From an uncultured Gammaproteobacteria bacterium (GTDB taxonomy: Bacteria; Pseudomonadota; Gammaproteobacteria; UBA9214), in NCBI GenBank assembly GCA_963827755.1, contig CAWHCQ010000021.1, positions 96,001-160,000 of the forward strand: DNA of 64,000 bases. The letters run 5' to 3'. Below the pieces are notes generated by a model. The model was not told the DNA's origin and did no database searches. It saw only the letters and a list, made by a program, of their open reading frames with translations. A program made the translations under genes and the position numbers. Below, piece after piece: positions 1 through 13,370 of the stretch. Position 1 is the first letter of the stretch. The number at the start of each line of letters is the position of its first letter.

Positions 1-271
1 GTATAAGTATTGCAAGCTTATCCCGCCAGGATTAAGGGCTGCTTAAAACTCGCGGCGTGCGAGGCCTTCATGCTTCACAGCTGGTAGCGGCTATTTTCAA
101 TTGCCGGGCGTCGGTTAGGGACGGACGGCACACATGTGAACCACAATATTATTGCTTACAATAAAAATGTACATATAAAAAACAAAAGCTTATAAAATAT
201 TAGCCGTTATGCCATTAATAATTCGGCCATTCTACCCGACTTCGAATTGGCGCCGGCGCTGCCGGTATTGA

Positions 272-2693
<2,422 letters not shown>

Positions 2694-2727
2694 TCTAGCG
2701 CCCTGTAGTTAAGCGGCTCATTATACC

Positions 2728-3807
2728 TTATCGCGCCGCTCGAATGTCGCCATGTTCCACGTGAAACCTGCGCGCGTCCTGCCGATCCTCGACATCGATC
2801 GCGGCGGCATCGATGGCCGTCACAAACACCTGGGTCGCCAGCGACCGCAGCGCGCCAAGGATGCGCGAACGGTGCCCGGCGTCCAGCTCACTGGACAGGT
2901 CATCGAGCAGAAAAGCACCCATGGGAGCCTCCCGGTCGCGTTGCAGTTTGACCTGGGCCAGCAGGAAGCCAACGGTCATGGCCTTTTGCTGCCCGCGCGA
3001 GCAATGGGCGGCAACACTGTGGCCATCGATCGACAGGCTGAAATCGGCACGCTGCGGTCCAAAGCGGGTATACCCCCGCAACCGGTCTTTCTCCAGCGCA
3101 CTCACCAGCACCTCGGACAGGTCGGCATTGGCCGGCCAGCCCGGCTGGTACCTGAGCGACACCTCTGCCCCGGGCAGGAGGTGTTCAATTTCCTCTCGCA
3201 GGCGAGGCTCCAGGGATTCAAAATAACCCGCGCGCAAGCGGTGCATTTGCTCGGCTGCCTCAAGCAGTTCCGTATTCCAGGCATGGATCGCCGCTGCCGC
3301 CTGCTGGGTCCGCAGTGCAGCATTGCGTTGACGCAGGGAACGGTTGTAGCGCTGCCAGGTTTCCCGGTAGGTGTGTTCCACGTGAAACAACGCCCAATCC
3401 AGCGCTTGGCGCCGATAGCGCGGACCACCACTGAGAATCGTCGGGGTATCGGCACTGATGACCTGTACCGGAAAACGCCCTGCCAGGTCCGACAGGCGCT
3501 TGATGGGTTGTCCATCGAGGTGAACCTGCAGACCGGCTGCCTGACGCTCGATGCCGATCGGCAGGGTCCGGCCCTCCACCTCACCTACCCGCCCAACCAG
3601 TCGATAGGAGGATTCCCCGTAACGGATGGCCTGCTCGGACACAGCGGTCCTGAAGGAGCGTACTCGCCCGAGGCAATAAATCGCCTCCAGCAGGCTGGTC
3701 TTGCCGGCGGCATTTTCACCGGTGATCAGGTTCAGGCCGGGTGAAAAGGCAAGCTGGCTGTGCTGGATATTACGAAAGTTTTTTATTTCAAAGGACAACA
3801 GGACCAT
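2728..3807 (-). CDS. recF: DNA replication/repair protein RecF
   Basis: NFRN motif, Walker A GENAAGKTS, SRGQQK and LLDDLSSELD; lies between dnaN and gyrB; start set at ATG 3807. Confidence 0.96.
   Translation of the reverse strand: MVLLSFEIKNFRNIQHSQLAFSPGLNLITGENAAGKTSLLEAIYCLGRVRSFRTAVSEQAIRYGESSYRLVGRVGEVEGRTLPIGIERQAAGLQVHLDGQPIKRLSDLAGRFPVQVISADTPTILSGGPRYRRQALDWALFHVEHTYRETWQRYNRSLRQRNAALRTQQAAAAIHAWNTELLEAAEQMHRLRAGYFESLEPRLREEIEHLLPGAEVSLRYQPGWPANADLSEVLVSALEKDRLRGYTRFGPQRADFSLSIDGHSVAAHCSRGQQKAMTVGFLLAQVKLQRDREAPMGAFLLDDLSSELDAGHRSRILGALRSLATQVFVTAIDAAAIDVEDRQDARRFHVEHGDIRAAR
2753..2768. promoter_or_regulatory. parS centromere site 1 (inside recF)
   Basis: TGTTCCACGTGAAACC versus consensus TGTTNCACGTGAAACA (1 mismatch). 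Confidence 0.85.
3374..3389. promoter_or_regulatory. parS centromere site 2 (inside recF)
   Basis: TGTTCCACGTGAAACA, full match to the parS consensus. Confidence 0.9.
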
Positions 3808-3869
3808 GGATGGTGTTGGCATTGCCGGGGCAGCGCCTGGACTGGATGGGCCGCAGTGAGTGCGGGCCA

Positions 3870-4971
3870 CTAAAGCCGCATGGGCATGACCACATAGCGG
3901 CAATCCTGGCCACCCGGGTTATTGATCAGGGCACTGCTGTTGGCATCGCTCATCTGCAGTTCCACGTCCTCGGTCTCGATGACATTCAGCACGTCGAGCA
4001 GGTAGGTCACATTAAATCCCACCACAATGGGTTCGCCCTCATAACGCGCCTCGATTTCTTCGACCGCTTCCTCTTGCTCAGGGTTATGTGCTTGAATTTT
4101 AATGTTATTTTCAGAAACATCGAGGCGTATGCCACGGTATTTTTCATTCGACAGGATCGACGTACGGGTGAGTGCCTGGCGCAACTGGTCACGCTTGATC
4201 ACCACGCATTTGTCGGTCGATTTCGGGATCACGCGCGTGTAATCCGGAAAGCGGCCGTCAATCAACTTGGAGGTAAAACGCAGTTCAGCGGTGCTGATGC
4301 GGATATGGTTTTCGCCGATTTCGATCTGCAACGTACTGTCGTTTTCGTCCAGCAAACGATGTAATTCCTGGATACCCTTGCGCGGCACGATCACCTGGGG
4401 ACCGCTGCTGTCGCCGACATCCACCGCCAGCTCGCACATCGCCAGCCGGTGTCCGTCAGTGGCGACCGCGCGTAACACGCCTGCGTCGGCTTCCAGCATC
4501 AGGCCGTTCAGGTAATAACGGACATCCTGTTGCGCCATGGCAAAGGCGGTGCGCTCAATCAGGCCGTGCAGATCTTTTTCAGCGATGGAAAACTTGCGCG
4601 CACTTTTAATCCGGTCGACAACAGGAAACTCGTCGGCCGGTAATGTCGACAGGGTAAAGCGGCTCTTCCCCGAGGTGATATAGCAACGATCTTTTTTTAC
4701 GGAAATATCGATCTTCGCCTCTTCCGGCAGAGTGCGGCAGATATCGAGCAGTTTACGTGCCGGCAAGGTGATATCACCGGTCTCGGTCACCGTGACTGCA
4801 ACCTGTGCCTGTAATTCCACTTCCAGGTCCGTTGCGGTCAGTCTTGATATTTTTTTTCGTCGTCGTCAGCAGAACATTACCCAGCACGGGTAGTGTTTGA
4901 CGTCGTTCAACGACACCGATGACTTGCTGAAGGGGCTTTAAAAAGACTTCTCTTTGAATACTGAATTTCAT
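3870..4971 (-). CDS. dnaN: DNA polymerase III beta clamp (+1 indel near 4845)
   Basis: MKFSIQRE...VERRQTLPVLGN joined to TATDLEVEL...ATDGHRL...VVMPMRL. Confidence 0.96.
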
Positions 4972-5179
4972 AAGTATAAAAAATAATATCAAGTTATATA
5001 TGTTTTATAGTTGTGTTTATTAGTCCAGCCAATATCTGTGGACAAGCACGTAAACACCCCTGTATTCATAGCACTACACGACCTGACAGTTTATGTTTAA
5101 TCGTGTGACGACCTGTGTGCGGGCTGTGGATAAAAAAGGATAACTTTGTGTTTGCAAAACCATCCACAGCTTGTCCACA
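4972..5179. promoter_or_regulatory. Candidate oriC: AT-rich element plus DnaA boxes
   Basis: AT-rich 4972-5025; boxes TGTGGACAA 5037-5045, TGTGGATAA 5125-5133, CCATCCACA 5160-5168 (degenerate) and TTGTCCACA 5171-5179. Confidence 0.8.
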
Positions 5180-6514
5180 TTATGTTGTCAAGGTTCTCAA
5201 CAGATTGTTGTAATCCTGGTTCATGCGCGCATCACTTTCACGCAGTTCGGCAATCTTGCGGCAGGCATGCAACACCGTGGTGTGATCACGTCCGCCAAAG
5301 GCATCGCCGATCTCCGGCAAACTGTGCGTGGTCAGTTCCTTGGCAAGTGCCATGGCCACCTGGCGCGGGCGCGCGATCGTGCGTGTGCGTCGTGCCGACA
5401 ACAGTTCGGCAATGCGAATTTTATAATATTCAACGACGACCTTCTGGATGTTGCTGATGGTGACCAGCTTGTCCTGCAGCGCGAGCAGGTCACGCAGGGC
5501 TTCCTTGGCAACATCCAGGGAAATCGGCTGGCCGGTGAAGCGGGCACTCGCGGCAACGCGCCGCAGGGCGCCTTCCAGCTCGCGGATATTCGACTGGATC
5601 CGCTTGGCGATGAAGAAGGCCACGTCGCTGGGTAAATCAATGCCGGCCTGCTCGGCCTTGCTCATCAGGATGGCCACGCGGGTTTCCAGCTCGGCCGGCT
5701 CGATGGCCGCGGTCAGCCCCCAGCCAAAACGCGATTTGAGGCGTTCCTCAAGGCCGCTCACTTCCTTGGGATAGCGGTCACAGGTCAGGATCACCTGCTG
5801 CTGGCTCTCAAGCAAGGCATTGAAAGTATGAAAGAATTCTTCCTGGGAGCGCTCCTTGCCGGCAAAAAACTGGATATCATCGATGAGCAGGGCATCGACG
5901 GTGCGGTAGAAGCGCTTGAACTCATTGATGGTGTTGTGCTGCAGGGCCTGCACCATGTCGGCGACGAAACGCTCGGAATGCAGATAAACCACACGTGCAG
6001 AGGGGTTGTTTTGCACGATCAGGTTGCCAACGGCATGCATCAGGTGGGTCTTGCCCAGGCCGACACCCCCGTAGATGAACAGCGGGTTGTAGGCACCGCC
6101 GGGGTTTTCCCCGACCTGCATGGAGGCGGCGCGCGCCAGCTGGTTGGATTTGCCGGCGACAAAGCTGTCGAAGGTGAATTCCGGGTTCAGGCTGCTCTTG
6201 TGGTGCACCGCGGGTGCGCCGGTGTGGCCGCCCGGTTCCGGGGCCATGGGTGCGGGAATTTTCTGGGTGCTGCCGATATCGAGTTGCACGCGGGTGTGGC
6301 AGTCAGGCCCGATCTGTTGCAGGGCCTCGGAAATGGTTTTGAAATGGTGCTTGCGGACCCAGTCGAGGACAAACTGGTTGGGGGCAAGCAGGCGCAGGTC
6401 CTCCCCGGACTCGACGGCGTGCAGCGGGCGTATCCAGGTGTTGAATTGTTGCTCCGGCAGCTCATTTTCCAGACGAACAAGGCACTTTTGCCAGAGCGTC
6501 ACATCCACTGTCAT
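5180..6514 (-). CDS. dnaA: Chromosomal replication initiator DnaA
   Basis: [25 protein letters not shown] and [11 protein letters not shown]. Confidence 0.99.
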   Translation of the reverse strand: MTVDVTLWQKCLVRLENELPEQQFNTWIRPLHAVESGEDLRLLAPNQFVLDWVRKHHFKTISEALQQIGPDCHTRVQLDIGSTQKIPAPMAPEPGGHTGAPAVHHKSSLNPEFTFDSFVAGKSNQLARAASMQVGENPGGAYNPLFIYGGVGLGKTHLMHAVGNLIVQNNPSARVVYLHSERFVADMVQALQHNTINEFKRFYRTVDALLIDDIQFFAGKERSQEEFFHTFNALLESQQQVILTCDRYPKEVSGLEERLKSRFGWGLTAAIEPAELETRVAILMSKAEQAGIDLPSDVAFFIAKRIQSNIRELEGALRRVAASARFTGQPISLDVAKEALRDLLALQDKLVTISNIQKVVVEYYKIRIAELLSARRTRTIARPRQVAMALAKELTTHSLPEIGDAFGGRDHTTVLHACRKIAELRESDARMNQDYNNLLRTLTT

Positions 6515-6577
6515 CCCCCCTTTTTCTTAGTATGACCAGCTCAACCGAGGGGGGGATTCTATACCTGTCGAATAAAG

Positions 6578-6586
6578 TTATCCACA
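6578..6586 (+). promoter_or_regulatory. DnaA box in the dnaA promoter region (autoregulation)
   Basis: Perfect TTATCCACA next to a minus-strand TAGAAT -10 element. Confidence 0.75.
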
Positions 6587-6713
6587 CCCTCTCCCAAGTC
6601 ATTGAGTCTATATATCAGTTGACAGTACAGCATTGAAAACAGTACTCTTTGCGCCCTTTTCTGCTCAGGCAGGAAGCGATTTCAATCGTGTAACCACATA
6701 GAAGTGATGTGTC

Positions 6714-6848
6714 ATGAAAAGAACCTATCAACCCAGCAACCTGAAGCGCAAGCGCACCCATGGCTTTAGAGCCCGCATGGCTACCAAGAACGGCCGCCGT
6801 GTCATTAATGCGCGTCGTGCCAAGGGCCGGGCCTCGCTGACCGTCTGA
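6714..6848 (+). CDS. rpmH: 50S ribosomal protein L34 (absent from the ORF track)
   Basis: Hand translation gives [44 protein letters not shown]; upstream TTGACA-N18-TACTCT at 6619-6648. Confidence 0.98.
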   Translation: MKRTYQPSNLKRKRTHGFRARMATKNGRRVINARRAKGRASLTV

Positions 6849-6854
6849 TCTCCC

Positions 6855-7232
6855 TTGTGTCCCGGCTCAACGCGTTTCCCACGGCGGGCACGCCTGACAG
6901 AAGCGGATGACTTTGGGAAGGTTTTCAAACAGTGTAACTATCGGCTGAGCGATCGCTGGTTTACCCTGCTGGCGAACACCGGCCCTGTTGATCAGCCCCG
7001 GCTTGGACTGGCAATTTCACGCAAGGTCGCCCGCAACGCGGTCGCCCGGAATCGCATCAAGCGGGTCATACGGGAAAGTTTCCGCCACTGGCAGAGTCAC
7101 CTGGATTCGCTGGATATCGTGATACTGGGTCGTGCCGGTGTCAGCACTCAACCCAACCATGTGCTCAATGCAGCCCTGGAAAAACTCTGGACACAGTTGA
7201 TCGAAAAATGCGCTGGCTCATCCTCCAACTGA
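6855..7232 (+). CDS. rnpA: Ribonuclease P protein component
   Basis: RLGLAISRK...AVARNRIKRVIRESFR motif; synteny. Confidence 0.95.
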   Translation: MCPGSTRFPRRARLTEADDFGKVFKQCNYRLSDRWFTLLANTGPVDQPRLGLAISRKVARNAVARNRIKRVIRESFRHWQSHLDSLDIVILGRAGVSTQPNHVLNAALEKLWTQLIEKCAGSSSN

Positions 7233-7444
7233 TACGCGGTTATCGTTACCTGCTGAGTCCCTGGCTGGGCAGTCATTGCCGCTTCTATCCAAGCTGTTCC
7301 TGTTATGCGCAGACGGCCGTCGAGCGTTACGGTGCGTTGCGCGGCACGGCCATGGCGGTCATGCGCCTGTTGCGTTGTCATCCGTGGAGTGCGGGCGGCA
7401 TCGACGAAGTCCCCGAAAAAGAGGCCGGCCACACGCATGGATAA
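7208..7444 (+). CDS. yidD: Membrane protein insertion efficiency factor
   Basis: CRFYPSCS...RCHPW motif. Confidence 0.95.
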   Translation: MRWLILQLIRGYRYLLSPWLGSHCRFYPSCSCYAQTAVERYGALRGTAMAVMRLLRCHPWSAGGIDEVPEKEAGHTHG

Positions 7445-9095
7445 TCAACGCTTGATACTTTTCGTGGCGCTGTCCTTCGTCATCCTGCTGTTGTGGCAGG
7501 CCTGGCAGGAAGATTACGGGCCGCGGTCAGTCGAGACGCCCGCACCGGCAGCCACACCGGCGACGCCCGCAACCGGCATGCCTGCGATCGATGCAGCGGA
7601 TGACATCCCCGGTGCCGTGCTCGAGCCTGCACAGCCCGGCGCCGTACCGGAGACGGACCTGCTGAAGACCGGCAAGAGTATTAGCATAGAAACCGACCTG
7701 TTCAGGCTCAAGCTCGATACCACCGGCGGGGATATACGCCAGGCCGACCTGCTTGCCTACCCGGCAACCACCGACCCGGATTCCCCGCCCTTCCGCCTCT
7801 TGAATGACAGTTTGCCGAACCTGTTTTTTGTGCAATCGGGCCTGCGTACCCGCTCCGGTACCGAGCCTACCCACCATGTCGTCTACAGCGCGGAACAGGA
7901 CCACTATCGCCTGGCGGATGCTGCCGACGAGTTGCAGGTAGCCTTAAGCTGGCGCAGCCCGGAAGGTGTCGAGGTGATCAAGCGCTATACCTTTCACCGC
8001 GGCAGTTACGTGGTCGATCTGGAACACGAGGTTCGCAATGGCAGTGGCAGTGACTGGCAGGGCCGCCAGTACCGCCAGTTGCAACGGACCCAGGTGGCAG
8101 AAACCGGGCAGAGTACTTTTATATATACCTACATGGGCGGCGTGCTTTACAGCCCGGAAGAAAAATACGAAAAGATAACGTTCGAAGACATGGTCGATGC
8201 GAATCTCGATCGCAGCGTCACCGATGGCTGGGCAGCCATGCTGCAGCATTATTTTGTCGGCGCGCTGATTCCGGACCGCGGCGAGGAGAATCGTTATTAC
8301 ACCAAGACCCTGAGCAACGCGCGCTATGTCATCGGCCTGATCTCGCCGACGCGCAGCATTGCCGCGGGTGACAGCGCCACGTTCACCAGCAAACTTTTCA
8401 TCGGTCCGAAACTGCAGGGCAAGATGAAAGAGGCTGCACCGGGCCTGGAACTGACCGTCGACTACGGCCTGCTCACGGTGCTGGCGCAACCGGTATTCTG
8501 GCTGCTGAAAACACTGCACGGTTTTCTCGGCAACTGGGGCTGGGCCATTGTCTTCGTCACCCTGATCATCAAGCTGGCCTTCTACAAGCTGTCCGAGACC
8601 AGTTATCGCTCCATGGCCAACATGCGCCGCCTTACCCCGCGGCTGAAATCGCTGAAGGAGCGTTTCGGCGACGACCGCCAGAAGCTCAACCAGGCGATGA
8701 TGGAGCTGTACAAGAAGGAAAAGATCAACCCGCTCGGCGGCTGCCTGCCGATCCTGGTGCAGATCCCGGTGTTCATCTCGCTCTACTGGGTGCTGCTGGA
8801 AAGCGTTGAACTGCGCCAGGCGCCGTTCATGCTGTGGATCACCGACATGTCCGCGCAGGATCCGTATTACATCCTGCCGTTGCTGATGGGCGCCACCATG
8901 CTCATCCAGCAGAAGCTCAATCCCGCACCAATGGACCCGATCCAGGCCAAGGTAATGATGGCGTTGCCGGTCGTGTTCACCGTGTTCTTCGCCTTCTTCC
9001 CCTCCGGCCTGGTGCTCTACTGGGTGGTCAACAACACCCTCTCCATCGCCCAGCAATGGATGATCACCCGGCGCGTCGAGGCCGGCGCAAAGTAG
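7437..9095 (+). CDS. yidC: Membrane protein insertase YidC
   Basis: MDNQRLILFVALSF start; GNWGWAI, NPLGGCLP and GLVLYW motifs. Confidence 0.97.
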   Translation: MDNQRLILFVALSFVILLLWQAWQEDYGPRSVETPAPAATPATPATGMPAIDAADDIPGAVLEPAQPGAVPETDLLKTGKSISIETDLFRLKLDTTGGDIRQADLLAYPATTDPDSPPFRLLNDSLPNLFFVQSGLRTRSGTEPTHHVVYSAEQDHYRLADAADELQVALSWRSPEGVEVIKRYTFHRGSYVVDLEHEVRNGSGSDWQGRQYRQLQRTQVAETGQSTFIYTYMGGVLYSPEEKYEKITFEDMVDANLDRSVTDGWAAMLQHYFVGALIPDRGEENRYYTKTLSNARYVIGLISPTRSIAAGDSATFTSKLFIGPKLQGKMKEAAPGLELTVDYGLLTVLAQPVFWLLKTLHGFLGNWGWAIVFVTLIIKLAFYKLSETSYRSMANMRRLTPRLKSLKERFGDDRQKLNQAMMELYKKEKINPLGGCLPILVQIPVFISLYWVLLESVELRQAPFMLWITDMSAQDPYYILPLLMGATMLIQQKLNPAPMDPIQAKVMMALPVVFTVFFAFFPSGLVLYWVVNNTLSIAQQWMITRRVEAGAK

Positions 9096-9203
9096 GCTGC
9101 GTTCCACGCACTACTGACGTTGTTCGTGGTATGTACAACGCACCCTGCAAACGTCCTCTGCGCCCTGAATGACTGCACACCACGCATCCAGAGACAGCAC
9201 CGC

Positions 9204-10550
9204 ATGACCTTCGACACTATCGCCGCCATCGCAACGCCTGCCGGTCGCGGCGGCGTCGGCATCGTGCGCCTGTCCGGGCCCGATGTACCTGTGATCGCAG
9301 AAAAACTGCTCGGCACCCTGCCACGACCGCGTTATGCGGAGCTGCATGATTTTCGCGATGCCGACAATACACTGATCGACAGCGGCCTGGTATTGTACTT
9401 CGCGGCACCGGCCTCCTTCACCGGCGAGCATGTACTTGAACTGCAGGGTCACGGCGGCCCGGTGGTGATGAACCTGTTGCTCGCGCGCGTGCTGTCACTC
9501 GGCGCGCGCCCTGCCCGCCCAGGTGAATTTTCCGAGCGCGCGTTTTTGAATGACAAGCTCGACCTCGCCCAGGCCGAGGCGATTGCCGATCTCATCGACA
9601 GCGGCACTGCCCAGGCCGCACGGGCGGCGGTGCATTCACTGCAGGGTGAATTTTCCGGGCGCGTGCATGCGCTGGTGGAATTGCTCACTCAAGTGCGCAT
9701 GTACGTCGAGGCAGCCATCGATTTTCCCGAAGAGGAAATCGACTTCCTCTCCGACACGGGTCTTGCGCAGCTGCTGGCTCGATTGCGGGCGGACTTTGAT
9801 GCGTTGATCGCAGGCGCACAACAGGGCTGCCTGCTGCGCGACGGCATGACGCTGGTGATTGCCGGACGACCGAACGCCGGCAAATCGAGCTTGCTGAACG
9901 CCCTCTCCGGCCGCGACGCGGCCATTGTCACGGAAATTCCCGGCACCACCCGCGACGTGCTGCGCGAATACATCCAGCTCGATGGCCTGCCGTTGCATAT
10001 CCTCGATACCGCCGGCCTGCACGACAGCGACGACCCGGTTGAACAGGCCGGCATGCAGCGCACCCGCGCGGCGCTGGTACAGGCCGACCGGGTGTTGCTG
10101 GTCATCGACGACCAGCAGGGTTTTACCGCGGCCGATGAAGCCATTCTCGCGCAGCTGCCGAAAAACGTGCCCGCGACCCATGTGTATAACAAAATTGATT
10201 TAACTGGCCGCAGTCCCGGCCTGGATACAGTGACCGGAGAACCCGTCGTCGCCCTTTCCGCACAGAACACTGCCGGGCTGGACGCATTGCGCGCCTACCT
10301 GAAACAGAGTATCGGTTACGCCGACCAGGGCGAAGGCGCATTCAGCGCACGGCAGCGGCATCTCGACGTGCTCGAGCGCGCGCAGACGCATTTCGAAACC
10401 GGTGTCGCCCTGCTGGAAAGCCGGCGTGCCGGTGAACTGCTGGCCGAGGAGTTGCGCCTGGCCCAGCAGCGGCTTGGCGAGATCACCGGCGAGGTCAGCA
10501 GTGACGAACTGCTGGGCCGGATTTTCAGCAGTTTCTGTATCGGCAAGTGA
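9204..10550 (+). CDS. mnmE: tRNA modification GTPase MnmE
   Basis: [33 protein letters not shown] and C-terminal FCIGK. Confidence 0.98.
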   Translation: MTFDTIAAIATPAGRGGVGIVRLSGPDVPVIAEKLLGTLPRPRYAELHDFRDADNTLIDSGLVLYFAAPASFTGEHVLELQGHGGPVVMNLLLARVLSLGARPARPGEFSERAFLNDKLDLAQAEAIADLIDSGTAQAARAAVHSLQGEFSGRVHALVELLTQVRMYVEAAIDFPEEEIDFLSDTGLAQLLARLRADFDALIAGAQQGCLLRDGMTLVIAGRPNAGKSSLLNALSGRDAAIVTEIPGTTRDVLREYIQLDGLPLHILDTAGLHDSDDPVEQAGMQRTRAALVQADRVLLVIDDQQGFTAADEAILAQLPKNVPATHVYNKIDLTGRSPGLDTVTGEPVVALSAQNTAGLDALRAYLKQSIGYADQGEGAFSARQRHLDVLERAQTHFETGVALLESRRAGELLAEELRLAQQRLGEITGEVSSDELLGRIFSSFCIGK

Positions 10551-10605
10551 GGGTTGCGCCCTATCTGATGTATATTTAACCCGGCACATCATGGCGGAGG
10601 CCTTA

Positions 10606-11064
10606 ATGTCGGCAGCACTGCAAGCCATACTGGACCACCCCGCTTTCCCGCAGCGCCATGCCTGGTGGCGCGAGGACTTTGGCCCGGGACAGGCCATCGT
10701 CGAGGAAAACCACCGCAGCCGCGACCTGTTCATGATTGAAAGCGGTGTCGTGCGCGTCAACAAGGACATCGCCGTCACCGAGGAGCGGCACATGCAATCG
10801 GGGCTGCTGGAGCTGAGCAAGGGCGAGATCTTTGGCGAGCTGTGCCTGTTCGGCGATGTCGTGCGCAGCGCCTCGGTCGTCGCCCTGACGCGCGGGGTGT
10901 TGATCCATGTCGACGGCATCCTGCTGGCAAAATTCATGGACCAGCATGTCGAACAGGGTTATGCCCTGCTGAAGGAATTTTTCATCCACCATGCGGCCAT
11001 GCTGAGCGATGGCAATGAACGCTACAGCGCGCTCTACGCCCGGCAATTGCTCGAGGATGACTGA
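10606..11064 (+). CDS. Stand-alone cyclic-nucleotide-binding domain protein
   Basis: GEIFGELCLF...RSASVVA phosphate-binding cassette; GGAGG SD before ATG 10606; no HTH. Confidence 0.8.
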   Translation: MSAALQAILDHPAFPQRHAWWREDFGPGQAIVEENHRSRDLFMIESGVVRVNKDIAVTEERHMQSGLLELSKGEIFGELCLFGDVVRSASVVALTRGVLIHVDGILLAKFMDQHVEQGYALLKEFFIHHAAMLSDGNERYSALYARQLLEDD

Positions 11065-11235
11065 CGCTGAACCGCGCTTGTGCAGCCCTGTCGAACGCCC
11101 GCCGCAACCGTCCCGGGCAAGCCCCGAAGGCACAAAATCATCAAAACACCAAATTTAGATACCACCTCAAAATGTAATATATATAATTGTATTTATTATA
11201 TATATTGTTACATATCCCCGTGAGTTTTTACGCGA

Positions 11236-12123
11236 GTGGCTGATCCAGAAAAAATGAGCTCGCGCGAGCTGGGGCTGGTGCTGGCGCAGCAACTGCTCGA
11301 TGTCGAGGACCTGCACTACGGGTTATGGGACGCGGACCTGGCGCTGTCGCTCGCCAATGTGCCCGTCGCCCAGCAGCGTTACACCACCCTGCTGCTGGAC
11401 CTGCTCGCACGGCTGCTGGCCGGTATCGAGCGGCCGCGCGTTCTCGATGTCGGCTGTGGCACCGGGCACATGCTGGAGCAGTTGCTGGCGCACGGATTCG
11501 CGGTTGACGCAATCAACCCGTCCGCGCATCTGAATGCGCAGGTGCGCGCGCGGCTGGCGAAGCTCGATGCCGGTGCGACCCGCCTGTTTGAGTCCACCTT
11601 CGAGGCGCTGCCGGCGGACGCCTGCCGGCACCGCTATGACCTGCTGCTGTTCAGTGAAAGTTTTCAGTACATCCCGCTGCCGGAATTTTTTGCCAACAGC
11701 GCCCGCCTGTTGAAGACCGACGGTCGTGTAGTGATCTGTGATTTTTTCAAGACCGCCGCGCATTGTGACGGCGAGCCCGGCGACCGCAGTTTCAGTGGCG
11801 GCCACCTGCTCGACGACTTTTACGGGCGCGTCGCCGACGCCCCTTTTGAGATCGAACAAGATGAAGACCTCACCAGGCGGGTCAGCCCGAACATCGCCCT
11901 GCTCGATGAGTGGCTGACAGGGCGGCTGGCACCCGCCGCCGGGTCGATCGACCAGTACCTGCAGGGCGCCTACCCGAAGACGTCGGGCCTTTTGAAATGG
12001 CTGCTGCGTAAAAAGCTGGCGCGGGCCCGCTACAAGTACCTGTCCGGCAACCGCAGCCAGGCGGTGTTTGAGAAATACAAAAGCTACCGGCTGATCGTCC
12101 TGCGGGTTGGCCGGGGCGGGTGA
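11236..12123 (+). CDS. Class I SAM-dependent methyltransferase (LHYG.W type)
   Basis: LHYGLWD plus VLDVGCGTG motif I. Confidence 0.85.
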   Translation: MADPEKMSSRELGLVLAQQLLDVEDLHYGLWDADLALSLANVPVAQQRYTTLLLDLLARLLAGIERPRVLDVGCGTGHMLEQLLAHGFAVDAINPSAHLNAQVRARLAKLDAGATRLFESTFEALPADACRHRYDLLLFSESFQYIPLPEFFANSARLLKTDGRVVICDFFKTAAHCDGEPGDRSFSGGHLLDDFYGRVADAPFEIEQDEDLTRRVSPNIALLDEWLTGRLAPAAGSIDQYLQGAYPKTSGLLKWLLRKKLARARYKYLSGNRSQAVFEKYKSYRLIVLRVGRGG

Positions 12124-12497
12124 GTGGCGGGCATGCTGTATGCGGCGCCCGGTGAATATATAGGGTCGACTCAATATTTTTAGTCTGGCTACCTGTTAAA
12201 CCGGCGGAATTTCGTGAAAATACGAGCATTTATTGTTGTGGGCTAAAAATATATACATTACTATACTAAACAAGTTAAAGGATTATTATTAATACAGTTT
12301 CACCGGAAATATCTGCGGGTTAGCGGACGTCTCGGCGGACAATTAAACCCATCCAGGTCGCTTTTGGCGATAAACCACAGAAAAATATGTGTTTATACCG
12401 GGGTTGGCCGCCGCGTCAAGTGAGCAACCATTTTATATATATTAATCAGTGCTTTATAGATATATACTTCGATATAAATTTAGGGTAAACCATACTT

Positions 12498-13166
12498 ATG
12501 ACTGAATCCATACGCCCGACGCTGCGCGAACGCAAGTTCGCCAAGACCCGCCTTGCCCTGGCCGAGGTGGCCGCACAGCACATGGAGATGGCACCCTTCG
12601 AGACGATTTCCGTGAAGGCGCTGTGTGAACGGGTGCAGGTTTCCGAGGCGACCTTCTTTAATTACTTCCCGAAAAAAGACGACCTGATTGTCTACCTGGA
12701 CCATCTGTGGACGCTGGAGCTGAACTGGTATGGACGCCAGTCGGCAGAACAGCATGCCGGACTGGCGGTGATCGATGCCATGTTTCGTTACACCGCCATC
12801 CAGGTGCAGAAAAAGCCGGGGCTGATGGGGGAGATCATCGCCCACGAGGCGAGGGCAAGAACGCGCAGTGCCAACCCGAACATTACCCGGGCAGAGCGCA
12901 TGATGGCGTTCCCGGACCTGGACGGCATTGGCGAGATGGCGGATGACAGCCTCGAGCATATTCTGCGTGCGGCGCTGCAACAGGGCATCGACCGCGGCGA
13001 GTTGCCGGCCAATACCGCGGTGACGGCCGCCATGGTCGGTCTGGTGTCGATCTTCTACGGCGTACCGCTGGCCCTGCAGTACACCAACCCGGCGGCGATC
13101 GGTGCGATGTATCGCCAGCAACTGGCATTGCTCTGGGAAGGCCTGCGGGCCGTGTCTGCTAAATAA
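12498..13166 (+). CDS. TetR/AcrR family transcriptional regulator
   Basis: LRERK...ISVKALCERVQVSEATFFNYFPKKDDL HTH. Confidence 0.92.
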   Translation: MTESIRPTLRERKFAKTRLALAEVAAQHMEMAPFETISVKALCERVQVSEATFFNYFPKKDDLIVYLDHLWTLELNWYGRQSAEQHAGLAVIDAMFRYTAIQVQKKPGLMGEIIAHEARARTRSANPNITRAERMMAFPDLDGIGEMADDSLEHILRAALQQGIDRGELPANTAVTAAMVGLVSIFYGVPLALQYTNPAAIGAMYRQQLALLWEGLRAVSAK

Positions 13167-13370
13167 TCCTGAATGGAGGCTCGGCCGCCGATGCGGTCGC
13201 ATTGCGGTTGAATTGACGCGTGCAGGAGCGCATCGCAAGCGCAATTGACTCTGCTACATCGTAAAACAGGCCTTCCAGATGAAGGGCTCGCAAGGGGCGG
13301 TTGCGGTATATTATGCGCCTGGCCTGAAACACGGGTTACACCATCAAGCTTGCAGTGAGGTGCGGCGACC

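Noticed and set aside
4990-5030. DnaA-trio repeats at oriC
   Set aside because: Only two plausible trios (CTA ATA on the box strand) follow the box; too weak to call.
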